Shown here piece after piece: positions 1-7,439 of a stretch of DNA of 39,021 nucleotides (position 1 is the stretch's first letter; each line of letters begins with the position of its first letter). The stretch is taken from positions 1 through 39,021 of the forward strand of contig JBIJBX010000002.1 in the NCBI GenBank assembly GCA_044344995.1, read 5' to 3'. This DNA is from Oligoflexales bacterium (GTDB lineage: Bacteria; Bdellovibrionota_B; Oligoflexia; Oligoflexales; RGVZ01). The notes below the pieces were generated by a model. That model was given only the letters and a program-made list of their open reading frames with translations. It had not been told where the DNA came from and did no database searches. Position numbers and translations under genes: made by a program.

Positions 1-556
1 GGATCATTACGGCTTCGTCATAGCGGCCAAGGGATTCCAATGTATCCGCATACATGAGTCGGCCCTCAATATCTGAGGGCTTGGCCAGAACGTAAAGTGC
101 TAAATAACTCGCCGACTCGGGCCAATTTTTGATTACACGCAGACAGTACCCAAGCCCCTTTTGCGCCTCTGGCACCTGGGTGAAAGCTAATGCTCGGTAA
201 AAAATTTTGACGGCCTCGTCGCAGTCCTGGCTTTTAACTTTTAGCCAAGCCAGGTTTGTCAGCAAAATTGGCTGCTGTCTAACTAGCCAATCTCTGAATT
301 CAGCACTGGTTTTACGATCCTGAAGCGATCCGTCGACAGTCTTCACGGCTGCGACAAAGTCACCGGTTGAATAGCTAAGGATAATCTGACGGTAAACCGC
401 CATCTCAGCCTCTGAGAATGGTTCTTTCGGGAGTTCCAATGTGGGCAGCTTTGCTACCAAAGGCGCTTCAGGCGTCAATGCAGCATTGCGGTCATTCTTT
501 AGTTGATTCGCTACCCAAAAGCCAATCGCCACCACAACCAAGACGAGCAAACTCAT
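1..556 (-). CDS. Membrane-anchored helical-repeat (TPR-like) protein; the C-terminus runs off the window start (partial)
   Basis: Absent from the ORF track because it is open at the window edge. My minus-strand translation from the ATG (complement of 554-556) gives MSLLVLVVVAIGFWVANQLKND..., an N-terminal hydrophobic anchor. Helical-repeat-like sequence follows (..CDEAVKIFYRALAF.., ..GRLMYADTLESLGRYDEAVMI). I checked every codon down to nt 2 and found no stop. It lies 23 nt downstream of grxC on the same strand. No clear SD, so the start is uncertain. Confidence 0.55.
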   Translation of the reverse strand, partial: MSLLVLVVVAIGFWVANQLKNDRNAALTPEAPLVAKLPTLELPKEPFSEAEMAVYRQIILSYSTGDFVAAVKTVDGSLQDRKTSAEFRDWLVRQQPILLTNLAWLKVKSQDCDEAVKIFYRALAFTQVPEAQKGLGYCLRVIKNWPESASYLALYVLAKPSDIEGRLMYADTLESLGRYDEAVMI

Positions 557-579
557 GTCAAACCAAGACGAGGGTTTTT

Positions 580-846
580 TCACGTAGTGTGTCCGTTGAT
601 CATAGGGACTAATTGACCACGATCATGCAGTCGCTTGGCATCGTCAAACCCACCAATAAATTGATCACCGATAAAAATCATGGGAACTGTTCGCCAACCA
701 CCGTTGGCCTCAGACAATTTTACCCGTTCCTCGTGGCGTCCCTCAAGGCTCACTTCTTCGTAAGCGATCCCGAGCGATTTAAATAGACGCTTGGCAGACT
801 CACAATATGGACAAACGGAAGTCGTGTAAATTTTGACCTGTTTCAT
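580..846 (-). CDS. grxC: Glutaredoxin (Grx3-type)
   Basis: 88 aa. It has the CPYC active site near the N-terminus (KIYTTSVCPYCESAK), TVPMIFIGDQFIGGFDD (the TVP/GG(C/F)DD glutaredoxin fold motifs), and the size typical of GrxC. Confidence 0.9.
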   Translation of the reverse strand: MKQVKIYTTSVCPYCESAKRLFKSLGIAYEEVSLEGRHEERVKLSEANGGWRTVPMIFIGDQFIGGFDDAKRLHDRGQLVPMINGHTT

Positions 847-878
847 AGGTCAAATGCTAAGTCAAAAGGGACCGTATC

Positions 879-2501
879 TCAACTGCTAAAATGCGCGCGC
901 TCTTTTGATTGAGAGGTGTTTTTAGGAGGCCACTTACCCGATGGCTTAGACCTTCGCTCAGAACCCCATCTCTTTGGTTGATCATTAAAGCCGCGCGAGC
1001 CACGATTTACGCGAAAGCCGCCTTTGCGACCACCACCAAATCGACCACGATCATCGCTGGACTCAGAACGGCCACGGGGACCGCCTCCGCTTAGTAGACG
1101 GCGGGCCTCGTCAGCTGTAACACCGATACGATCGTCTCCGCTAACCTGACGCCCTGATGATATAACAGAGACCAATCTTTGCGCCAGCTCCTCGGCCGAA
1201 TATTTACTTGCCAAGGTCGCGGCAAAATTTGCCATATCGTTTCTGAGGCGAAGGCCCTCTATTTTCGCAGACAGCTGCTTTTCAAGGCTGTCTCGTACAT
1301 CGTTTTTACTTGGAACCTCTCCAACTGAGAATTCGGCGTTATGAGCTTTTGCAAACACATCGTTGCCTCTGATCTCGGATGGCGTCGCCACCGTGATCGC
1401 TACACCACGCTTACCGGCACGACCGGTTCGGCCGATGCGGTGGACATAACGTTCGCGGTTTTCTGGCACGTGAAAATTAATGACATGCGTGACGTTTGGA
1501 ATATCCAACCCACGAGCGGCCACATCGGTGGCGATGATGATCTTCGCCCGACCATCTTTCAAGGCTTGTACGGCTTGATTCCTAATAGCCTGTGACATGT
1601 CACCGTGGATGGATTTAGCGGAAACACCACGGGTTGTTAGTTCGCTTTGCAAGTTATCAACATCCCGTTTAGTCCGGCAGAAAATGATTGCTTTCTCAGG
1701 GTCCTCGACCTCGAGAATTCTGACTAAGGCGGACTCCCGCTCATGACCACGAATGACGATCAAGCGCTGTTCAATATCCATATTCGTCTGTTGTCCGGAA
1801 TTTAGCTGCACGTGCTTGGGCTGGCGCATGAATTCCCGCGTAAGCGCCTTAATCTCAGGCGGCATTGTCGCCGAAAACAGCAAGGTCTGACGGTCTGACG
1901 GCATATCAGACAGAATTTGCCTAATATCGTCAACGAAACCGCGATCCAACATCTCGTCAGCTTCATCAAGCACAATGATATGTGGTGTAAAACGCTTTAA
2001 CCGTCCTTCGCGCAAGTGATCCATAAGTCGCCCTGGCGTTGCGACGACGACTTGTGCGCCCCTATTGATGAGCTCAACTTGACGAAGATACCCCTGCCCA
2101 CCAACTACAGGCACCGTTTTAACGTTTGCAAATTTACCCAAACGAAATAATTCGTCACTCACCTGAATCGCCAATTCACGAGTTGGGGTGAGAACCAAGA
2201 TTTCTACTGAATTGTTATTTTTCAATCGACTCATCGCTGGTAAGCCGTAAGCAGCTGTTTTACCAGTACCTGTCTGAGCCTGTCCAATGAGATCGATTCC
2301 CGTTAGGACCAATGGGATTGCTGCAGATTGGATAGGACTAGGGGTTAAAAAACCAGCAGCCTTGACGCCTTCCATGATGCCCCGGCTTAAACCCATCTGC
2401 TCAAAACCCCGTCCTTCGCCCGATATCTGGGGCTCCAGGGTGCCAGCACTGGTGACAGGAGATAAATCCGACGGCGAGGATTTGTTAAATAGTTCAGTCA
2501 T
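879..2501 (-). CDS. DEAD-box ATP-dependent RNA helicase with an RG/RGG-rich C-terminal tail
   Basis: Motifs present: Q motif GFLTPSPIQ, motif I AQTGTGKT, motif II DEAD, motif III SAT and motif VI HRIGRTGRAG. The C-terminus is GGGPRGRSESSDDRGRFGGGRKGGFRVNRGSRGF. I prefer the ATG at 2501 (GGAGAA SD about 10 nt upstream) over the GTG at 2549 that the ORF track uses. Confidence 0.93.
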   Translation of the reverse strand: MTELFNKSSPSDLSPVTSAGTLEPQISGEGRGFEQMGLSRGIMEGVKAAGFLTPSPIQSAAIPLVLTGIDLIGQAQTGTGKTAAYGLPAMSRLKNNNSVEILVLTPTRELAIQVSDELFRLGKFANVKTVPVVGGQGYLRQVELINRGAQVVVATPGRLMDHLREGRLKRFTPHIIVLDEADEMLDRGFVDDIRQILSDMPSDRQTLLFSATMPPEIKALTREFMRQPKHVQLNSGQQTNMDIEQRLIVIRGHERESALVRILEVEDPEKAIIFCRTKRDVDNLQSELTTRGVSAKSIHGDMSQAIRNQAVQALKDGRAKIIIATDVAARGLDIPNVTHVINFHVPENRERYVHRIGRTGRAGKRGVAITVATPSEIRGNDVFAKAHNAEFSVGEVPSKNDVRDSLEKQLSAKIEGLRLRNDMANFAATLASKYSAEELAQRLVSVISSGRQVSGDDRIGVTADEARRLLSGGGPRGRSESSDDRGRFGGGRKGGFRVNRGSRGFNDQPKRWGSERRSKPSGKWPPKNTSQSKERAHFSS

Positions 2502-2765
2502 TTTAGGGCTTTCTCCAGTTTTAACCGTCGGGATACCTAGGTCCCGCACGTCAGTTTAGGCAAGGGTAGATTCAGGTGCCCGGAAGTTAATCGGATTCTA
2601 ATATTATTTCAATATTAATTTAAATAAATTTGAATTATTTTTTAAAATTGGCGATTTTTTCTAGACAAATACCATCTATATATAGACAAATAGTAGACAG
2701 GGCTCATTGTAAAGCTTATAGTTCCAGCCTGTTTGGCAAAATAGCAGTCCCGAAAGGTCAATGTT

Positions 2766-3968
2766 GTGCAATCGTTAGACGAAAACACCCCCATGGACCC
2801 CACCCGCCAAAGCGAACGCGATGCCTGCGTTTTGAGTTCTGGTCGATCTGGCATGATTGTCGCTGGTCAGCACCCAGAGTCCGGGTTGGTGGGTTTAAGC
2901 CATCAGGAGCTGCGAGGTCGAGTCCTAGAACTTGCACAGAGCCAGGCTGGCGGCACGAAGATACACATTGATTCCTCTGGTTTAAGTCTCGATCAAAAAT
3001 TGTTTGTCGAACGGATTTTATTGCATCAATTTGATCGCGACGATCTCCATGATGTGAGCATCTACTTTCGCAAGGCCACGCGCGCACTGGCGGCTGATCA
3101 AGCCCCCACTTTGGCCGACGCAAAACTGCCCTTTGGACTAACCAACAAAAGAAAATCAATTCCTGGCGTCAAGCATGTGATCGCCATTGCCTCCGGCAAA
3201 GGTGGCGTGGGCAAATCAACCATTGCGACAAATCTTGCGACTGGATTGGCGCAGCAGGGACTGCGAGTCGGTCTTATGGACTGTGACGTGTATGGTCCCT
3301 CTGCCCAACTTATGCTTGGCATCGATGCAAGCATGGCAGTTACAAACGGTCAATTGGTTCCACTGGAACGATTCGGCGTTAAAGTCGTTAGCTTCGGTTT
3401 TTTAACGGACGCAATGTCGCCGGTAATTTGGCGCGGCCCAATGGTCAGCAAGGCAATCGAGCAGCTCTGCTACGACGTTCAATGGGGTGAACTTGATGCG
3501 CTGGTATTGGACCTACCGCCCGGAACGGGGGACGTTCAGCTGACCTTGGCGGAGCGCATACCTATTTCTGGATCCATTGTGGTGAGCACACCTCAGGATG
3601 TCGCCTTAATCGACGCCCACAAGGCAGTCTCCATGTTCGAGAAACTAGGTGTACCCATACTGGGAATTGTTGAAAATATGTCACATCACATCTGCACAGC
3701 CTGCGGACACCAAGATCATATTTTTGGCGGTGAATCTTTTGAAAACTTTGCCCAAAAGCGAAAACTCACAAAATTGGCGAGCATTCCCATCAACAGGGAG
3801 ATTCGTGTCGCAAGTGATACGGGACAACCCATCGTTTTAAGTCCTAGCGCTGCCGCCAATGAGTATGCATCCCTAAGTAAAAAAACCGCGACTATCTTAG
3901 GCCTCTTAGCTTCTGCAACGCGCGGACGAACAAACAACAAATATTCAGACTCTAGAGACCAGAATTAG
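2766..3968 (+). CDS. apbC: Mrp/NBP35/ApbC-family ATP-binding Fe-S cluster carrier protein
   Basis: It has the deviant Walker A IASGKGGVGKST, DLPPGTGD, and the CxxC pair (HICTACGH) typical of ApbC/Mrp. The start is uncertain: GTG at 2766, or ATG at 2793 or 2853. Confidence 0.88.
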   Translation: MQSLDENTPMDPTRQSERDACVLSSGRSGMIVAGQHPESGLVGLSHQELRGRVLELAQSQAGGTKIHIDSSGLSLDQKLFVERILLHQFDRDDLHDVSIYFRKATRALAADQAPTLADAKLPFGLTNKRKSIPGVKHVIAIASGKGGVGKSTIATNLATGLAQQGLRVGLMDCDVYGPSAQLMLGIDASMAVTNGQLVPLERFGVKVVSFGFLTDAMSPVIWRGPMVSKAIEQLCYDVQWGELDALVLDLPPGTGDVQLTLAERIPISGSIVVSTPQDVALIDAHKAVSMFEKLGVPILGIVENMSHHICTACGHQDHIFGGESFENFAQKRKLTKLASIPINREIRVASDTGQPIVLSPSAAANEYASLSKKTATILGLLASATRGRTNNKYSDSRDQN

Positions 3969-3977
3969 GAGATAAGA

Positions 3978-4610
3978 ATGCAGAATAACAAAACAGAATC
4001 CAAGGATCAGCCAATCGAGCGACTGCCCGATGTTTTCACCGGTCTGTCCAAGCCTCAAAAACTGGGTGTCGCTGGTCGTCTGATCATTGAATCAGCCAAA
4101 GGTGAAAACGCGCGACGTGCGGGACTTGTCAAAACACCAGAAAGATTTGCCAAGGCGGTGAGTTTTCTACTGTCTGGTTACGATTCCAAGCCTGAAAATG
4201 TCGTGGGTGAAGGCATTTTTCCTTCAGAATCTCGCGGCGTCGTCAGTGTCAACAAGGTCGAGTTTTACAGCCTTTGTGAACACCACATGCTACCCTTCTG
4301 GGGCGAAGTGAGTGTTGCTTACTACCCCAATGACAAAATCATCGGCCTGAGCAAAATCCCAAGGCTGGTCAATCTTTTTGCCCGACGTCTACAAGTTCAA
4401 GAACATCTAACTCACGAAATTGCCCGCGCCCTCAACGAGCTGATTCAACCTAGAGCGGTCGCCGTAAGAGTCAGCGGCCAGCATCTTTGCATGATGATGC
4501 GAGGAGTTGAGAAACAGAACTCTACGACCGTTTCTGAGACCTCGATCGGTGTGGATCGCTTGACAAATCTCGAGCAGCAGCGACTTTTCAGCGCCCTTGA
4601 AGGCAAATAA
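3978..4610 (+). CDS. folE: GTP cyclohydrolase I (FolE type 1)
   Basis: It has the SLCEHHMLPF zinc/active-site motif, GLSKIPRLV, QVQE and HLCMMMRGV. An AGGAGA SD lies 7 nt upstream of the ATG. The start is 9 nt after the apbC stop. Confidence 0.93.
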   Translation: MQNNKTESKDQPIERLPDVFTGLSKPQKLGVAGRLIIESAKGENARRAGLVKTPERFAKAVSFLLSGYDSKPENVVGEGIFPSESRGVVSVNKVEFYSLCEHHMLPFWGEVSVAYYPNDKIIGLSKIPRLVNLFARRLQVQEHLTHEIARALNELIQPRAVAVRVSGQHLCMMMRGVEKQNSTTVSETSIGVDRLTNLEQQRLFSALEGK

Positions 4611-4632
4611 AAATGTTTGGTGAAAAAGGTTC

Positions 4633-5580
4633 ATGACGACTATGGAAAGCACAACGTACAGCATAAAAACAGCGGCCAGGCTCGTGGATATGAATTCTCA
4701 CACCATTCGCGCCTGGGAGCGACGCTACAAGGCCCTGGATCCAACCCGCAACACGGGCAACAACCGACGTGAATACACAGAGGCCGATATAAAACGGCTT
4801 GGCCTTCTTTCGCGCTTGGTTAAATCTGGCCATCAGATCAGCCACATTGCCGCCTTGTCTAATGACATTCTCTCGTCCATGTCGTTATCCGCTCCGGAGA
4901 GTAGACCTGTCATCCACCAGTCAACTGAATCTATTATTCTTGAACGCTGCCTTAATGCGCTTCGCGACTACGAATTAGTAATGATTCAAACTGAGCTTGA
5001 ATCAGCACGGCAATTTCTCTCAACAACGCAGTTCCTAACAGGCTTGGCCGTACCATTGGTTCGAGAAGTTGGAATGCAGGTCGCCAGCGGCCAATTCAAC
5101 TTCGCGCAAGAACATGCTTTTTCCTCGATTTTGCGCTCACAACTGATGCAGACTCTATTTAATCTGCGAAACGCCATTGCCGTCCGTGCTTTTACTCGCA
5201 AGGATCAAGATCACGGTCTTACCATTTGTCTCGCAACACGCGACGGCGACCTGCATGAATTCGGCATTCTTGCGGCTGCCATCCTGATTGCTCATCATGG
5301 GCACATACCACACTATTTCGGCCCAAATTTACCTGCGCACTCCCTTGCAGATGCTGCCGCAGCCGTCCAGGCCGACGTGGTACTCGTAGGTAACACGGCC
5401 TTCGAGGAGCCATTCGTGGACAAGCGGCAAGAGAGCTACCTTTATGTCCTGAAAGCCAAATTACCGAATCATTGCGAGATTTGGTGGGGCGGAAATAATG
5501 CCATCAAAGACCCGTCTTTAAAGGGCACCATGACACCAATGTCCACATTAGAGGACCTTACTAAGGCTTTGTCCATCTGA
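4633..5580 (+). CDS. MerR-family transcriptional regulator with a C-terminal B12-binding domain (CarH/LitR-like)
   Basis: The N-terminus has a MerR HTH (YSIKTAARLVDMNSHTIRAWERRY). The C-terminus has a DxHxxG cobalamin-binding motif (GDLHEFG, nt 5248-5265) followed by a Rossmann-like stretch (ADVVLVGNT). The helical-bundle region carries the AQEH pair (nt 5104-5115). Confidence 0.8.
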   Translation: MTTMESTTYSIKTAARLVDMNSHTIRAWERRYKALDPTRNTGNNRREYTEADIKRLGLLSRLVKSGHQISHIAALSNDILSSMSLSAPESRPVIHQSTESIILERCLNALRDYELVMIQTELESARQFLSTTQFLTGLAVPLVREVGMQVASGQFNFAQEHAFSSILRSQLMQTLFNLRNAIAVRAFTRKDQDHGLTICLATRDGDLHEFGILAAAILIAHHGHIPHYFGPNLPAHSLADAAAAVQADVVLVGNTAFEEPFVDKRQESYLYVLKAKLPNHCEIWWGGNNAIKDPSLKGTMTPMSTLEDLTKALSI

Positions 5581-5718
5581 ACTCATGTCCTGAACCGGTT
5601 ATAGAAACGTCAGACTTTTGGTCACTTTGATGGGCTTTGCAACACCCAGGGGACCCTGGATTTTCGCGTAACCTACCGAATTTTTTAAGGAAATAATTAG
5701 CCCTTCGAGCTGGCGCCC

Positions 5719-5734
5719 TGGCACGCCTAGTGCA
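5719..5734 (+). promoter_or_regulatory. Sigma-54-like -24/-12 element (TGGCAC-N5-GTGCA)
   Basis: The sequence ctGGCACgcctagtGCAa has GG and GC exactly 12 nt apart, as in the TGGCAC-N5-TTGCA consensus, with one mismatch in the -12 box. It sits in an ORF-free gap with no downstream + strand gene. Confidence 0.3.
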
Positions 5735-5764
5735 ACTAACAGGAAATCCAACCCCCGGTTGGTA

Positions 5765-5903
5765 GCATTGTTCGGTGGTTTTCACTTTACGAGTCTATGG
5801 ACCAAATTTTTGAAATAGTCCTCCAGATTCATCAATCTCCCTTCTGTTGTTCCACTTCTGTTGTTGCTCTTCACTCTCTACCAAACAAACCACCGAACAA
5901 TGC
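5765..5903. repeat. Perfect 17-bp inverted repeat (GCATTGTTCGGTGGTTT / AAACCACCGAACAATGC) enclosing 105 nt
   Basis: The arms are at 5765-5781 and 5887-5903, read directly from the sequence. The interior has two tandem CTTCTGTTGTT copies (5841-5851 and 5855-5865). Confidence 0.85.
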
Positions 5904-5922
5904 CCTCTAATTTAGAGGGCAT
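5900..5922. terminator. 9-bp stem hairpin (ATGCCCTCT-aattt-AGAGGGCAT), probably the terminator of the minus-strand gene ending at 5953
   Basis: The inverted repeat is perfect and lies 31 nt downstream of the minus-strand stop. On the minus strand it is followed by a T-rich stretch (TGTTCGGTGGTTTGTTTGG). There is no U-tract on the + strand. Confidence 0.55.
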
Positions 5923-5952
5923 CGGCTCAGCAGCTCTCAAAATTACTACGCT

Positions 5953-7236
5953 TTATATCCGCGCATTAAGAGTACGCAGCGCGTCAAAGAAAATCTGACG
6001 CAGGCCGTCATGATCGTACTGGCCAGCAAAACTGACCATACAGATTAATGCGCCATCCTCGCGCTCTACAACAAATAAACTATCCGGCGCTGAAGACGCT
6101 TGTGACCAATAACTGAGAACATTCGCCGCACGATCGCCCAAAGCACTCTTGAGGTCGATCCAAGACTGGTCGCTGCCTTGAACTTTCGCTGCTGCTGACA
6201 AATCTTTTGGGTCAATTCCCTCCGGCAACCCAAGAGCCGATGAGGTTTCAAAACCCGTGTCTCGCCAGTGGGCTGACAAATCAACAGTACCGCTTTTGAA
6301 TCGCACTAAAAGGCCGTTGGTCAAACCTGATTTTTTCATGGCTTCTAGGAATTTTTGCAAAGCGTCCTCTAACGTCGCAGAAATCTGCAACTTCACCATG
6401 GACCTATTCAGAATTGACATGGCTGCCTGGACAGCAACAGTAAGCTCTGCGTGTCCCGATCGCGGCCGAGCACGAAAATCACTACTACTCTCAGTTAATG
6501 CGCCAAGCCCCAAACTCAGCATATCAAGACGCTCTGCCGTACGTGCTGATGCCGGAAATGTTTCAGATTTTTTCTGCGACGAAGGCGTGGCATCCCCACT
6601 CGCTTCAACGGCTTTTTGCGTTTGCCCCGTAGACGATACTGAGCTACTGCGGATATCTCCGCTGATGGGCTTTTGCACAAGATCAACGCCAAGGTTTTCT
6701 GACCCTACCGATGCACCTACGAATGAATTAGAACGAAGCATCCCTTCACCTTCAGCGGCGCCGCGAACGTGATTTTTTATGAAGCTTTCCAAGCGATTTT
6801 CTTCAATTGGCAACTCTGCACCAATCTTCTGTAACCCCCTTAAGATTTCGCTGCGCGTCGCAATGACAGGTTTGACCCGTAACCCCGTAAAAAAACGAAT
6901 CTGGTTTCCCGCGTCGATATCAGTTGGATCAACCATGGCTAACGACATGACACCATCTTTGACCGACAAAGGTAACACTTCCAGCCAAGCCAAAATGTGC
7001 GGCGGCACCAATGGCTCCATCTCTGGATCGACTTCATGCAATATATCTTTTTGCGCACGGCGGAAGGATGTTTTTGCCGCCAGAAGGGCACTTAATTCTT
7101 CGTCACTTAGAATCCCTATGGCAAGAATACTTCTAGCAAAGCTGCCGTTGTGGGAGACGCTCTCTCGGCGAATCAGGCGCCGATCAGAAGCGCTCAGCAA
7201 ACCTTCCTGCATTAAAAAATCACCTAGTCGCGACAT
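5953..7236 (-). CDS. MshEN / T2SS-E N-terminal-domain protein without an ATPase domain; possible c-di-GMP receptor
   Basis: The N-terminal ~145 aa look like the GspE/MshE N-terminal domain (MSRLGDFLMQEGLLS..., ..LPLSVKDGVMSLAMVDPTDIDAGNQIRFFTGLRVKPVIATRSEILRGL). No Walker A or B motif occurs anywhere. A Ser/Thr-rich linker and an unassigned ~170-aa C-terminal domain follow. I prefer the ATG at 7236 (GGAGG SD 5 nt upstream) over the track start at 7302. Confidence 0.7.
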   Translation of the reverse strand: MSRLGDFLMQEGLLSASDRRLIRRESVSHNGSFARSILAIGILSDEELSALLAAKTSFRRAQKDILHEVDPEMEPLVPPHILAWLEVLPLSVKDGVMSLAMVDPTDIDAGNQIRFFTGLRVKPVIATRSEILRGLQKIGAELPIEENRLESFIKNHVRGAAEGEGMLRSNSFVGASVGSENLGVDLVQKPISGDIRSSSVSSTGQTQKAVEASGDATPSSQKKSETFPASARTAERLDMLSLGLGALTESSSDFRARPRSGHAELTVAVQAAMSILNRSMVKLQISATLEDALQKFLEAMKKSGLTNGLLVRFKSGTVDLSAHWRDTGFETSSALGLPEGIDPKDLSAAAKVQGSDQSWIDLKSALGDRAANVLSYWSQASSAPDSLFVVEREDGALICMVSFAGQYDHDGLRQIFFDALRTLNARI

Positions 7237-7439
7237 TGCGCCTCCATGCAAACTTGCTGCCTTAAAGTGCGGCACCCCACCTGATTTTCTTAATTTTATC
7301 ATAAGGTTTAGCTTTGGTCTTTAAGGGCCCGACCAAAAGTTCTTGTGTTACACCCCTAGTGGATGGCACGATGACGATGTCTAAAACCAGATTAATTAGT
7401 TGAAACAACTAGGAATTTAAACGTTAGTTGAGGCTCGCC

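Noticed and set aside
418-612. 64-aa + strand ORF spanning the grxC / TPR-like gene junction
   Set aside because: It runs antisense to two co-oriented genes. One of them (the open-ended 1-556 ORF) I verified codon by codon. Its product has no features.
2502-2549. Upstream GTG start for the DEAD-box helicase (track start 2549)
   Set aside because: The extra 16 residues (MRDLGIPTVKTGESPK) precede an ATG that has a well-placed GGAGAA SD. The helicase core does not need them. This is kept as an alternative only.
2630-3159. ORFs 2630-2971 (+), 2642-2854 (-) and 2758-3159 (-) around the helicase/apbC promoter region
   Set aside because: They start in the AT-rich promoter block or run antisense to the apbC 5' region. 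They have no SDs and no recognisable domains, and they conflict with the well-supported Mrp/ApbC frame.
5561-5785. 74-aa minus-strand ORF in the large intergenic gap
   Set aside because: It has a GTG start without an SD. Its product is Arg/Pro/Gly/Cys-rich (..CTRRARAPARRANYF..) with no recognisable motif, and it overlaps the 3' end of the MerR-like gene. The region is better explained as non-coding.
7246-7263. Sigma-54-like element on the minus strand (AGGCAG-N5-TTGCA) upstream of the MshEN gene
   Set aside because: The GG/GC spacing is right. However, the -12 box is only ~12 nt from the preferred ATG (7236) and sits on top of its GGAGG SD, leaving no room for a leader. The TGGCAC hexamer also has two mismatches.
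6257-7324. Two long + strand ORFs (6257-6772, 171 aa; 6779-7324, 181 aa) antisense to the MshEN-domain gene
   Set aside because: They lie entirely inside the minus-strand gene, which has recognisable domain content and a strong SD. Their products are Ser/Arg/Cys-rich with no motifs, which is typical of shadow ORFs.
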